64,000 nt of DNA, taken from assembly GCF_006345805.1 (NCBI RefSeq), contig NC_043005.1, positions 52,762,001 to 52,826,000 on the forward strand, written 5' to 3'. This DNA is from Octopus sinensis. Lineage: Eukaryota. The notes under the pieces were generated by a model. That model saw nothing but the letters and a program-made list of their open reading frames with translations. It did not search any database and was not told the DNA's origin. How positions within the stretch are numbered: the stretch's first letter is position 1; each line of letters opens with the position of its first letter. The position numbers were made by a program, and so were the translations under genes. This document shows, in pieces, positions 12,593 to 25,219 of this stretch.

Positions 12593-12664
12593 GTTTCCAG
12601 CAGTCATCGTTATAGACCCTGGCAATAACTCCACAAACAAACAATTACATCAAATCGCAGAGTT
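12593..12664 (+). CDS. Adhesion GPCR internal exon (TM4 to extracellular loop 2)
   Basis: Acceptor ...TTATCAG| and donor |GTAAGT; encodes (G)FPAVIVI...TLAI...NNYI...IAE; the terminal TT joins the first C of the next exon to give F-C-W-L; small indels needed. Confidence 0.7.
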
Positions 12665-12904
12665 GTAAGTATTTTTCTTTTCGTTCACCTCATTTTCTCT
12701 GCTCTTCACAACTAATATTATTGTTAGATATTTACCCCTTTATTATTGTAGAATACTAGGTCAGCTAGCATCAAGCCACGACTTGATTGCTGGTAGTAAA
12801 CCTACTTCAATATCATTGTTAATGCTTTTGTTCTAAGACTCATGAATATCAATGATTTCATTTGGTGTTTCTCCTCTCTTCAATTAATAAGACCAAATTC
12901 TACT

Positions 12905-13160
12905 GATGAAAGCAACATACAAAAAATATAACAAAAATATATATATATATATAATCAATCCAAACATAAACAGCAAGAAAAGACAACAACGCGAGGACTG
13001 GAACAAGTACTGTTATTGGGTACTCAGGAAAGGAAAGAAAAGAAAGAGGATTTCACGTTTCGAGCGGAGCTCTTCATCAGAAATACAGAAAAAGTCCAAA
13101 GAGGAAAGACGGAGAAAGAAAATCACCAACAATACACACGCAGTCACATATTGAAATGAC
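12905..13160 (-). mobile_element. Penelope-like element terminal (pLTR-like) remnant carrying a hammerhead-type motif
   Basis: Contains, on the - strand, ATTTCTGATGAAGAGCTCCGCTCGAAACGTGAAAT; boundaries approximate; PLE assignment inferred from the motif. Confidence 0.5.
13050..13084 (-). ncRNA. Minimal type I hammerhead ribozyme-like motif (cleavage triplet GUG, probably inactive)
   Basis: ATTT-CTGATGA-A-GAGC/TCC/GCTC-GAAA-CGT-G-AAAT. Confidence 0.55.
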
Positions 13161-13473
13161 CGGAACTGCCGCTACGTTCTGATTTCAAATTCCCCCGAGA
13201 TCGACTTTGCATTTCATCATCATTTCGGTGCCGATAAATTAAGTACCAGTTACATACTGGGGTCGATCTCCCCCGAAATTTCAGGCTTGTGCTTATAACA
13301 GAAATGCATATTTTCTTTTATATAATTGTTTAAAAATCATTTTTATTAAATTCCCTCTTAAATTGAAATGACATAGACTCACTTCTGTGCTATTCTCATC
13401 TCCATATCTTATATATATACAAATTTCAAATGTATAGACCTCTAATCTTTTGTCAACCTGTGTGTGCGTGTGT

Positions 13474-13519
<46 letters not shown>

Positions 13520-13577
13520 GTATTTCTGAGTGTCTGGACATCGAAAGGCCCAATAAAAATATTTTACTCATTAACGT

Positions 13578-13828
13578 AGGCGCAGGAGTGGCTGTGTGGT
13601 TAGTAGCTTGTTTGCCAACCACATGGTTCCGGGTTCAGTCCCACTGCGTGGTACCTTGGGCTACTGTCTTCTACTATAGCCTCGGGCCGACTAATGCCTT
13701 GTGAGTGGATTTGGTAAACAGAAACTGAAGGAAGCCTGTCGCATATATGTATATATCTAAATATATAATATACATATATACGACGGGCTTCTTTCAGTTT
13801 CTGTCTACCAAATCCACTCACAAGGCTT

Positions 13829-13888
<60 letters not shown>

Positions 13889-14128
13889 ATGTGTGTGTGT
13901 GTTTGTGTGTGTGTGTTTGTGTGTGTGTGTGAGTTTGTATGTCTGTGTTGCCCCCCACCGACGATGCTTGTGGTGTTTTATGTCCCCGTCCTTAGCGGTT
14001 CGCAAAGAGACCCGCTAGAATAAGTACTGGCTTACAAAGGATAAGGATGGGGGTTGAGTTACTTGATAAAGGCGGTGGCTCCAGCATGGCCGCAGTCAAA
14101 TGACTGAAACAAGTAAAGATTAAAGAGA
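13578..14128 (+). mobile_element. SINE family A with an internal inverted segment
   Basis: Head at 13578; 13771-13826 is the reverse complement of 13696-13751; tail resumes near 13935. Confidence 0.8.
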
Positions 14129-14266
14129 GTACATAATTTGTCGCAAGTATGAGACATTTTTTCGTTTCGTTTGGATCGAATCACTCCACATAATCCTTGT
14201 CTGATCTTCATTTTTGGCTGAACATCTGATGAATTTCTTTCTTCATTGCTTCTTTTTTTCTTGTAG

Positions 14267-14653
14267 CTGTTGGTTAAAACATACCTTCTTTCCTTGCTGC
14301 TTTCCTGACTTCCCGTTGTGATGGTCCTCATCTTCAACTGTATCATGTTCTCTCGTGTGATAACACGTCTATTATCAACGCAAAGAAACAAAAGATTTGA
14401 ACACAAAGAAGAAAAGTGCGTGTTTTTGGGCCTGGTTGGTTTGATGATTTTGCTTGGATTCACATGGGTCTTTGCATTCTTCGCTGTTAGGGAAGCGACA
14501 AAAGTGTTTGAGTATCTTTTTTCTATATTCAATACCCTCAGGAATGTTTATCTTCCTATTTTATTGTGTGTACAAGAAAGATACACGCGATGTCTCAAAG
14601 AGTCCGTGAATAAACGAAAGAGAGCGAATCCCAGGAGAGTTCGGCCGGCAGAA
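14267..14653 (+). CDS. Adhesion GPCR exon (ECL2 CWL, TM5-TM7, start of C-tail), ADGRG/GPR64-GPR126-like
   Basis: Acceptor TTTTTTTCTTGTAG| and donor GAA|GTAAGT; reads CWLKH...FLAAFL..LPVVMVLIFNCIMFSRVITRLL...LGLVGLMILLGFTWVFAFFAVREATKVFEYLFSIFNTL, then after a shift (Q)GMFIFLFYCVYKK, matching secretin/adhesion 7TM motifs LLGxTW and FNxLQG. Confidence 0.85.
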
Positions 14654-14970
14654 GTAAGTGCGATTTGTGTTGGTTTCTTTTTTATTCATTGCAACGTGAG
14701 AACCATCGCCCAATATTGTCGTGATAGTGATAATCACAAACACCATTTTCTAACAACACAGTCACTTTTAGGATAGACATCATCAAAATATCAACACTGC
14801 TGTTGTCGTCGCAATCATCGTCGTCTCATCATCATCATAAATCATACCTCATCATCATCGTCGGTGTCGTCTTCGTTGTCGACGTCGTCCAGATGGGGAA
14901 CACATACGCCACAGAAACCGGGAAACCGGACCCATGAGCCTGGCAAGGCTTGAAAAGGGCGACGTTTATC

Positions 14971-15026
<56 letters not shown>

Positions 15027-15574
15027 GTATATATTAGAACGTTTGGAGATGATGTACAGGTATTTATATTAGAAGAAATGAGTACTCAGAAATTCGGATG
15101 GTTTTATATTTACAGATATTTATTTGTATATTACATGTTTTTATACATCATATAACTTATATCATTATTATAGCGCTTTTGTCTATTCTGGTGGAGTTTT
15201 CAATTGAAATAAGTATATATATATATATATATATATATCTATATATAGATATATGTATTATGTATGTATATATGTATATATGTGTATATATGTATGTATG
15301 TGTATATATGTATCTATGTATATATGTATGTATGTGTATATATGTGTATATATGTTATAGGTATATATGTATATATTATATGTATCTATATATATATATA
15401 TTTATTATATATATATGTTATATGTTATATATATATATAATATATTATATATATATATAATATATATATTATATATATTATATGTATGTATATATATGTA
15501 TGTGATTATATAAATTATATATATGTATATATATATGTATATATGATATGTATATATATATTATATATAATATA

Positions 15575-15627
<53 letters not shown>

Positions 15628-15664
15628 GATGTATATATATAATAAAGTTTATTTGTCAACAGAA

Positions 15665-16064
15665 TGTGGCAGTCCTCCACAGGACCGTGTTACTGTTGTT
15701 GAGCTCCCGGAAACATCTTTTCCTGCTGCCTACCAGATGTATTTTCTCTTTAGGGGATCAGCGATTATGTCGCTTTAAAAAGTACATAGCATGAGCAAGA
15801 TGAGTAAGCTCCCATCACTGACCTGTGATTATCTCACACCACCGAATACGGGAAGCAACCCCGAACATAGGTCTGTGGGTATCATAAAGGCTAGAGATGG
15901 GGACGATGAACTCCGTTGCTCATGTTATGCTAGACAACACAAAAAACTGTATGTCGGTGGCCTACTGGAAAAAGTGTTTTCCTGGCTAAACAACAGTAAG
16001 ATCATCCTATGTAGGACTGTCACATTCTGTTCACAAATAAACCTTACTGTTCGATACCGTTACA
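15665..16064 (+). mobile_element. Possible solo LTR
   Basis: About 400-bp higher-complexity block starting TGT and ending TTACA, with AATAAA about 20 nt from the end; no TSD found. Confidence 0.3.
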
Positions 16065-16120
16065 TTCTCTCGCTCAAACATCTAAACTAGTTGTTTTTCT
16101 CATATATATATAAATATATA

Positions 16121-16470
16121 GGCCGCTGGAGTGGCTGTGTGGTAAGTAGCTTGCTAACCAAACACATGGTTCCGGGTTCAGTCCCACTGCGTGGCATCTT
16201 GGCAAGTGTCTTCTCTATAGCCCCGGGCCGACCAATGCCTTGTGAGTGGATTTGGTAGACGGAAACTGAAAGAAGCCTGACGTATATATGTATATATATG
16301 TATGTATGTAGGTTTTCTTGTCTGTGTTTGTCCCCCTAGCGTTGCTGACAACCGATGCTGGTGTGTTTACGTCGTCCCGTCACTTAGCGTTTCGGCAAAA
16401 AGATACCGATTAGAATAATACTACTGGGCTTACAAAAGAATAAATCCCGGGGTCGATTTGGTCGACTAAA
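16121..16470 (+). mobile_element. SINE family A, 3' truncated
   Basis: Homology to the other copies, with several 1-bp indels. Confidence 0.8.
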
Positions 16471-16584
16471 CAATAAAAAAATTAAATTACAATATATATT
16501 ATAAATATATACATATATAATATGAATATATATATATAAATATATATATTCTATATATATAATATATATATATAATATATATAT

Positions 16585-16620
<36 letters not shown>

Positions 16621-16810
16621 GATTATATATTAAACTATATATATATATATACATATTATATCAATATATATATTAACTGATATATATATATATATCTATA
16701 TATATTAACTATATATATATATATATACAATATAATATTAACTATATATATTATACATATATATATATTTAACTATATATATACATACATATATATAAAT
16801 GTAACTATAT

Positions 16811-19800
16811 ACTTTGATACTTTGATACTTTGATAGGTTTCGGCCATTATTGGCCCAGGCCATGTCTAACTTAATAGCACCACCTGGTGAAGTCTTTCAA
16901 GTCAGAATTTGGGCACTATGGCCCACTCAAGTAGAGAGTTATTGTTTACAGAGACATATCCGGGTGTGGGGTTTTATCCGGGATTTCTTGAAGGAATCTG
17001 TCCAAAGACTTCTTGAACCCTATAGGTCAGTTTCTGTTTTAATGTGTTTTGGTTGTAATGTTAAAGAGAGCGGGGTCAATTGAGGTGAAATAATTGTGCC
17101 GTATTGTTGTTATGAGATGAGAGTGCGATTTTTGTTTTGGGCGGATGGCACGGGGCCCAAGCCTTGGATGTACCTTGAAGGTGATGCCAACATCATTTGG
17201 GCAATGCTGATGGAATATTTTCCACATCATGCAGATGATGTAGCGCTCACGACGACGTTGGAGAGAATAGAGTTTTAGCTTTTCTAGTCGACCCCAATAG
17301 TCGAGGCCTGTCATGCCATCTATCTTTTTTGTGATGCCCTTTGAGGTGCTTCAACTTTTATGATACCTTGTATTGTGTGGGGAGACCACAGTGGACAACA
17401 GTATTCAAGGTGGGGTCGGGCAAAAGTGGAGAAGAGAAGGATAATGGTGTGGATATCTCTCGACTGGAAAGTTCTGAGAATCCAGGAACACATTCTGCGG
17501 GCCATGTCAACTTGGTGTTTATATGAGTGGCCCAGCTTATGTTGTTGTCCACAATTACTCCCAAGTCTCTGATGTTGTTGGACGCCGCGAGAGTTTCACC
17601 TGAAGGAGGGAGTATGGGAGTTTCAGGGCTCCTCTTTTCCAAAGTGGATTAGCTCAAATTTTATCCTCGTTCAGCAGCATATTGTTTTTTTTCTGCCCAT
17701 TGGATAACAGCAGTAGATCGACTGAAGGCATGTCCGGTCACTCGCCTCATTTATGACCTTCTGTAGCTTGGAGTCATCTGCAAAGATTTTTATGTTGCTG
17801 TGCTTGATGATGTCATTAATGTCATTAATGTAAATGATGAAAAGAAGTGGGCCCAGCACAGTGCCTTGCGGAACGCCACTACTGACTTTGGCTGGGCTTG
17901 ATTTTACCCCTTTCAACTACAACATGTCGAGATCTGTCTGTCAGGAAACACTGATCCATTTCAGTAACTTTCCAGAAACACCAATGTTGGATAGTTTTTT
18001 TCATATAGGATCTTGTGATCGACCCTGTCGAAGGCCTTACTGAAATCAAGGTAGATGACATCGGTGTTGGAGCCCTCTCCCAAAGCTCTCAAATGTCCTC
18101 AAAGTGATGCAGGAGCTGCGTTAGGCATCCCCTCCTTCCATACGGAACCCATGTTGGTTGGAGATCAGCCGTCTGTTGCTTTCCAGAAATTGGGTTATTC
18201 GAGATCTCACCACCCTCTCAATACCTTGATGATATGAGAGGTGAGTGAGATCGGACGGTAATTCACTGCAAGGGACTTGTTTCCCTTTTGAAAACTGGGA
18301 CAACAGACTGGGACAGAAGGTTTTTTGGAATATAGCCAGCATCCAGTGAGTTTCTCCACAGATTAGCAAGGAGATGCAAGTTGGTGTCGACACACCTTCA
18401 GGACACAAGCAGGGAACCTATCGGGGCCTACTGCTGAATTGTGTTTTATTTCGTTTATCGCCGCTAAGACATCAGGGGCACTAAACGTTATGTCCGATAT
18501 AGTGTTTTGGGGGGGTGACATCACTGATACAGCCCAGATCGGCCATATCAGGATGCTGAAAACAGAGCATAGTATGTTTTCTGCAGTATCTCGGCCATGG
18601 ATTTGGCATTATCTTGGAGGTGCCAGTTTCGTCAATTAGAGGGCCTACAGTGGAGACAGTGACCCTGCGTTTCCTCGCAAGGAAAGAACACTTGGGGGTT
18701 GAGTTTGGTTTTTTCAATGGCCCACTTCTCCTCAGCTGATCTTTGGTTATTGATGAGGGTCTTCATGCATTGTTGGAGGTTATATTTTTTTAGATTCAAG
18801 CAGTGCGATAGCCGTCGAATGTGTGTGTTGCTGTTGGCAGTACTTTAGTTTGTTAATTTTTTTTTGTTTGTTCTTTTTATTTTTTCTGATAATGGTTTTC
18901 TGTTTTGGGGGATTCTGCACTTTTTGTTCACAGGTCTTGGTGGGGAGTGTTTTGCAGATATGTCTGTGACGGTGTCTACAAAGATCTGCCAAGATGTTTT
19001 ATGGTTGGTGGAGATGTGTGTTATGTGTAAAGGACCAGTCAACATGTGATAGCTCGTTCCTGATTGCATCCCAGTTGGCATTATGGAGATCCATGTTGTC
19101 AAATGGGTGGGCTGGAGGAAAGGTCACTAGGATTAGCTTTCAGCTGGTGGAATTTCATGTTACAGAGAACCATGTCATGGTCTGAAAGAAGGGTTTTTTT
19201 CCACTGTAACGTTATGTATAGTGTTAGTGTGGTTACTAAACACTAGGTCCAAAATGTTCTGATGTCTTGTTGGTGCAAGGACAAGTTGGGACAAGAAAAA
19301 CTCATTCGTAAAGTCGAAAAGTGACTCTGCTGCTTCTTTTCAGCGGTTGAGGCGGGAGTGCTTGGTTTCAACAGTTTGTAGCCAGTCAACACAGGGTAGA
19401 TTGAAGTCTCCCATCATGAGTAATGTTGCTAGAATGGCACTGTTGAATAAAGCACTTAATGCTGTTGAGGCATTCTTTAAAAGCACAGTATGGGTGTTTG
19501 AGGCGGGCCTATAGAGCCCAATTACTGTCAGGTCATTGGCTTTGTTGTGCACGGTGACTGATTCACAGTAGCCGTTGGAGAATATACTATTTCCATCTGC
19601 CGTAAATGAATCATGCAGGAAAAATGGCAGTTCCACCCTTCCTCCTGCCGATACGATCCGCGCGGATGGTTGTGAATTCTTCACTCTCACTTCGGCTTCC
19701 AAGTGGGAGTTGTCAAGGTGGGTCTCAGTGAGAATGAAGAAAGGGATGTGGTGTGAATGGTTACCAACCCAGTCTTCAATGAATTGGACCTTCCATTTTT

Positions 19801-20344
19801 GTGCATTGATGGAAGGGCTGACACCTTGTGCATTGAGTAGGATGTGGAGGTTAGTGTAGTGGCTGGTTTTGACTGTTGCAGGGGGCTTGGATTTTTTGGT
19901 GTGTTAGTGGCAGCAATGTGGGGAATTGGTGCACTGGGGTAATAGCATAGGATGGTGTTGAGTGATGGCTAGAATGTTTTTGTGTATCTCTTTTGCCATG
20001 TTCAACATGGCTAAAAAGAATTTTCCTGCTTAGGGAGCAGTTTTTGGCTGGAGGTGGTTGCACTGTTGGATAGGGTTGTAGTTTCCACTTTTGTTGTTGT
20101 TGTTTTTGTGTCTTCCTGAAAAGACTGGACCAGCATTACTGCAGTATGGTGTGTTTCTATTTTTATTGTTATTCAGGTTGTGTGTTGGCTTGAGGCCCCG
20201 TTTCTGTTTGTGCGTCGGGTCCCCTGAAGATGAGTGAAGGGACAGTCACTCAGTAGACATGTTCTCTCACGTTGGGAATACCGGCAGATTTTGGGACTCC
20301 GAGTTGTGTGTGTTTGAATTTCGATTTACTATTTGGTGGTGTTG

Positions 20345-20347
<3 letters not shown>
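16811..20347 (-). mobile_element. Near full-length CR1/L2-group LINE (APE endonuclease plus reverse transcriptase), multiply frameshifted
   Basis: APE motifs LNAQG, LTETHL, GLYRP, MGDFNLPCVDW (about 19850-19350); RT motifs NQHGFR, YLDFSKAFDRVDH, SGVPQGTVLGPLLF, FADD; C-terminal RPHLEYCCPLWSP; 3' tail (TATCAAAG)3. Confidence 0.92.
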
Positions 20348-20395
<48 letters not shown>

Positions 20396-20934
20396 CATTT
20401 AGTATTTATCATATTTAGTCTTTTGACTCCATTAGTGCCTGTAGCGTAAATTTTTTACTGAATTTTTTTGCTACCCTAAATTGATTAATTATATATATAT
20501 ATATATTATATATGTAGTTCGAAGTATGCGTAGCGTTCTATCATATAATAACAAAATAATAAATAAAACTTATGCATATATACATACATATATGTACGTA
20601 CCTACATCTATATGTATATATACATGCATATATGGGTACAGAACACCAAAACAATGTCGAATATAATGAGAAACGAAAACAAAAAAAACAAAACCAAGGA
20701 AACAGACATTTTTTAAACAACGAAAAAACAGAGTACAAGACATACAACAAAGGAAAATCCCCCTTCTTCAGCTGCCTCTGTTTCGTCTACTCCGTGTTTC
20801 GAAGGTAAAGGCTAGACACGATTTCGTGGAAACAGTCCTTCCCGCAAAGCAACTTAAATAAAAAAATTTGCGGAGGGGTAAAAGTGGTAACAAAAACAGG
20901 ACAGTAAAGACAATACGACTTGACGTCTATGTTT

Positions 20935-20970
<36 letters not shown>

Positions 20971-20972
<2 letters not shown>

Positions 20973-21135
20973 GAGAACCCAGGTTCGAAATTTCCCCAAG
21001 ACACCTGACGAAGGTTGGAGGGTATATCAGCCGAAACGTTGTGTTAACAACAAACAAGCTGAGGACAATTATCCGTCAAATGTAAATAATATAAATAGTG
21101 TACATAATTCCTCATCTCTTAAATATAGAACTGTA
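20971..21135 (+). mobile_element. 5'-truncated copy of the hammerhead-containing small retroposon
   Basis: Homologous to the reverse complement of 31319-31483, from ATGAGAACCCAGGTTCGAAATTTCCCCAAG to TTAAATATAGAACTGTA. Confidence 0.8.
21000..21045 (+). ncRNA. Minimal type I hammerhead ribozyme
   Basis: Stem I GACAC/GTGTT; core CTGACGA; stem II GGTTG/CAGCC; GAAA; palindromic stem III ACGT; cleavage triplet GUU, predicted cut 21040/21041. Confidence 0.7.
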
Positions 21136-23199
21136 TACTTAAGATATTACAACAGGAGTGGAGTGGAAAATGCCAGCATCAGCAGGAGGCTACTACTCAC
21201 TGTCAGCTGAGTGGGCTGGAAACACATGAAATTGTGCACCTTGCTTCAAGACAAAGTGCATCGCTTGGTCTAGCAATTGAACCCACAACCTTATGATCAC
21301 AAGTCCAACGCATGAACCCCTGAGCTATATCCCTTCAGACACAATCACTCCAACAAGCACACGATGTGCAATCACTCCTACAAGCACACAAACACACATA
21401 CATACACTCACTAGTTTATTCTTTAGTTTGAACTCAAAGACTAGAAATTTTATGTGATAACGAATACCGCATTATTGGTATAATAACCCTCCCAAGACAC
21501 AACATGAATACCGAATGGAATTCTATAAAGTACCAAATTCCAGAACGTAAGTATTGTGTTATGTTTATTTTTCTCTTGAATCTGTAATACTTTAAGAAGC
21601 CATTAATTCTGTCTTGAAAGCTACGTCCCCACCTCTAGAGCAAAAGGAATAAAGCTGAAGTTTACATACTTAATGAACTCCCACTTCTTCAACTGAGGGT
21701 CTTGTGAAGGCAATACCTCACATATTTATTGGGAAACACACGAGCCAAAATGTATGAGAAAATCATTCTAAAATAAAATGAAAAATAGGATAAAATGTGT
21801 CGGACAAATATATCATTTATAAAGGAAAAGAAATAGTCGTTCAAATCGTCCCTATCAGTGGTCCCTACGATGGAGCATGAGTTCAACAGCGACCCTTAAA
21901 AAGTTCCATGATATTATTTTACCAGTAACGGTTGATACTTTTGGTACCATTTTCAAGTATCCTTTGTTGCTCCCATCCAACGCCTCCCAGAACAAGTCAC
22001 ACGCTTATTGTTGATTGTACCGGCTTTGGGTGGAGACTGCAATATATTTTACGAACAGGCCATTCTTATTTAAATTCCGAACGCATCCTTTGTTAACCTG
22101 CTCAACTGTCGATGCGGTATGGTTATTCTTTCGAACCCATTTTATATTGCAGCTTTTGGCGGTCGTATTGGTACCCGGCACCAAGAGCGGGATGGTTGAA
22201 TAATTACCATAGTCTCAGATATACTTGGGAACCCAGCCGGAGAATTTAATGGCGGTTACTTCTGCTAAGACCCTATGAAGGAGATACCTGAAGACTCTAT
22301 TCCCAACCCGTCTCTCTACAGAATAGTGGGTTGAGAAAATGGGTGGATGTTTACCCAGTGTATGACTGGTTCAAAATTTCATTATCCAGGAAAATATTTA
22401 TCCTACATCTGGTTAATAATAGAAAAGATGGGCTGAACAGTGGCCCATCAGAAACCCCATAACATTATATGACTGGTACTTTTATCGACTTACTCGTACT
22501 TGCAACGGCATTCATCCGGAGTGGGTTGATCCGGCTCCGACCAAAGAGTTCACCACACAGCTTTCGAATGCCGCCCACATCCGACGGTCGGCCGCAATCA
22601 AGGCTGTAATGGATACCCACTCCCGGTTTCACTGCCAAGACCATAGACACAGGGACCCTATTGTGCTCCCACGTCCGTCCACCTTTACCGCCAGCAGTCA
22701 CGTCTCCACTCGTTCTCCAGCGCGTCTGTGCAAGCCTGGGAGGAAAGCCGTTCATAAGTGCCTTCTATCGAGCCCAGATAGATAAAAAGCAAACTCAATT
22801 CTCTGCTAAGATTTGAACGCACACAACATAGCAGATAATGAAGTGTAAAACTGTAAGGTATTAAGTTCAATGCTCTGCCATTTCTGCCATCATTTATCGA
22901 TGATTTATAGACAATAACATTGACCTAAGTTACTCACTACTGTTTCGACCCACAACAGGATAATTGGCCATAAAAATACAATATTTTTTTTCTCAAGCCA
23001 AGACATATCGGTTAAGCTTTCTACAAAATAATAAAAAAAGGAAACCGATAACAATGAAAAAAAAAATTCTTTTATCTGAATCAAAACAAGATGCCATCTG
23101 AATCTGTTTCCATTCGATTCCATATATTAACAACCTTCCAAATGTTTTCTGTATCTTCTCTCTCCCTCCCACCCACCCATCCACCATTTGGCTCTACCA

Positions 23200-23357
23200 C
23201 GTTTGATTCTCCACCTTCAGCATCACCACCGCCGTCGTTCACCTCAAAATCAACAATTCTCCTCTTTCACCTCCACTGCCCCCACCTTCATTATCACCTT
23301 CATCATCACCATCGTCACCGTTGTTGTTGTTGTTATCACCATCATCATCCATCATCA

Positions 23358-23388
<31 letters not shown>

Positions 23389-24175
23389 AATTATCATTAT
23401 CATCATCATCATCATCGACATCGTCATCGTCATCATCGTCATCGTCATCATCATCTTAATCATCATCGTCGTCACTGTCACCCTCATCCTCTCGTCATTA
23501 CCACCACCGCCGCCGCCGCCACCACCACAAGCACTTTTAGCACCATCACCACTATCACCCCTATTCTCATCATCATCATTATCTTCTTCATTATCCTCTT
23601 TATCATCCTTACCACCACCACCATCACTACCACCACCATCACCACCATCACCACCATCACCACCACCACCACCACCACCACCACTACTATCAGATATTTG
23701 TTGAGCAAGTTGTGAGCTAAATCAGTCATGTACTTTGATCTCTGTCATTATCCTAAATTACCAAGGAACCACTCGTCCCTTAATAATAGCTGCAACTCCT
23801 AAAAAGATAACGATCCATGAATATCTCACGGCTTTCATTCCCCCCACTCAATACCCGCCTCAAAAAAAAAAAGAAAAACAACAACAAATAAATAAATAAA
23901 TACAGTCACCACTACCACCAACCACATCATTGCCACCATCACAGATATCATAACAACAACAACTACTACTACTACTACTACTACAAATACTACTACTACT
24001 ACCACTACTATTACTACTACTACTACTACTACTACTACTACCACTACTACTACTACTACTACTACCACTACTATTACTACTACTACTACTACTACTACTA
24101 CTACCACTACTATTACTACTACTACTACTACTACTACTATTACTACTACTACTACTACCACTACTACTACTACTA
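23200..24175. repeat. Compound trinucleotide tracts (CAT, TAT, CAC, CTA)
   Basis: Directly visible; source of the poly-H/I/P/T/V ORFs. Confidence 0.9.
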
Positions 24176-24849
24176 CTGTTTCATCCGCTCGCTCACACCT
24201 TTGTGGTGGTTATGCGTTGCATTAGTGTGTACGTCTCTCCCCCGTTACCGTTCATCCATCCATCCATCCATCCATCCATTCATTCAGACATAACGACTTG
24301 TTGACTATGTCTGTCGGTCATGTTATCAATTTTTAGTAATATTGACTCAGCTGGAATTACCATTCTTCTGGTGCATCACAACATATTTGTTGACCGTTTC
24401 TGTATTGAACTGAACTTGAAGAACACAGAAAATATTACCCTACACCACAACCACAACCACCACAACCACCACAACCACCATCAACGCTACCTTTCTCCTT
24501 CTTTCGTGTCCTACACACGCAGCAGACACATACATATTCACACATAAATACGCACACACATATACATGCACAAAACACATACGCATACACACAGGCAATC
24601 ATAAACTCAGACACACATCGTCTATCTGCAGTCTGAACCTCTAACCTAACTATTTTCCATGGTATTGTGTTTTCATAGCCTCTTTTATAGCATATATTTC
24701 AGATTTCAATGGAATTCTTTATTATTATATTTTTTGCTCCATCCTATCTTTAACAGAGTCTTTAGATCAAAATTCTTTTATTTATGCAACATTTTTGTAT
24801 GGTACCGTCTGATTTATTGAACTCTCCCTCTGTGCCTTATGTATAAACA

Positions 24850-24891
24850 TATACATACAAATATATACATATATGTATACATACATACATA

Positions 24892-24951
<60 letters not shown>

Positions 24952-25071
24952 TATACATATATACACATATATATACACACATATATTATATATACATATA
25001 CATATATACACATATACATATATATACATATATATATATATATATGTACATATACATATATACACATATAC

Positions 25072-25120
<49 letters not shown>

Positions 25121-25140
25121 TATAACATATACATATACAT

Positions 25141-25219
<79 letters not shown>

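Noticed and set aside
14772-14900. Possible next GPCR exon after TTTTAG
   Set aside because: Runs straight into CAT/CGT low-complexity sequence and a stop; no recognisable homology
20560-20935. Repeat with CTGAAGAAG and GAAAC words on the - strand
   Set aside because: The words are not arranged around a stem II and no GAAA follows the core, so it is not a hammerhead
21500-21553. Short ATG-initiated frame MNTEWNSIKYQIPE ending at a GTAAGT donor
   Set aside because: Too short to assess; no homology or partner exon visible
23188-24161. Poly-H/I/P/T/V ORFs
   Set aside because: Translations of trinucleotide microsatellites, open in several frames on both strands
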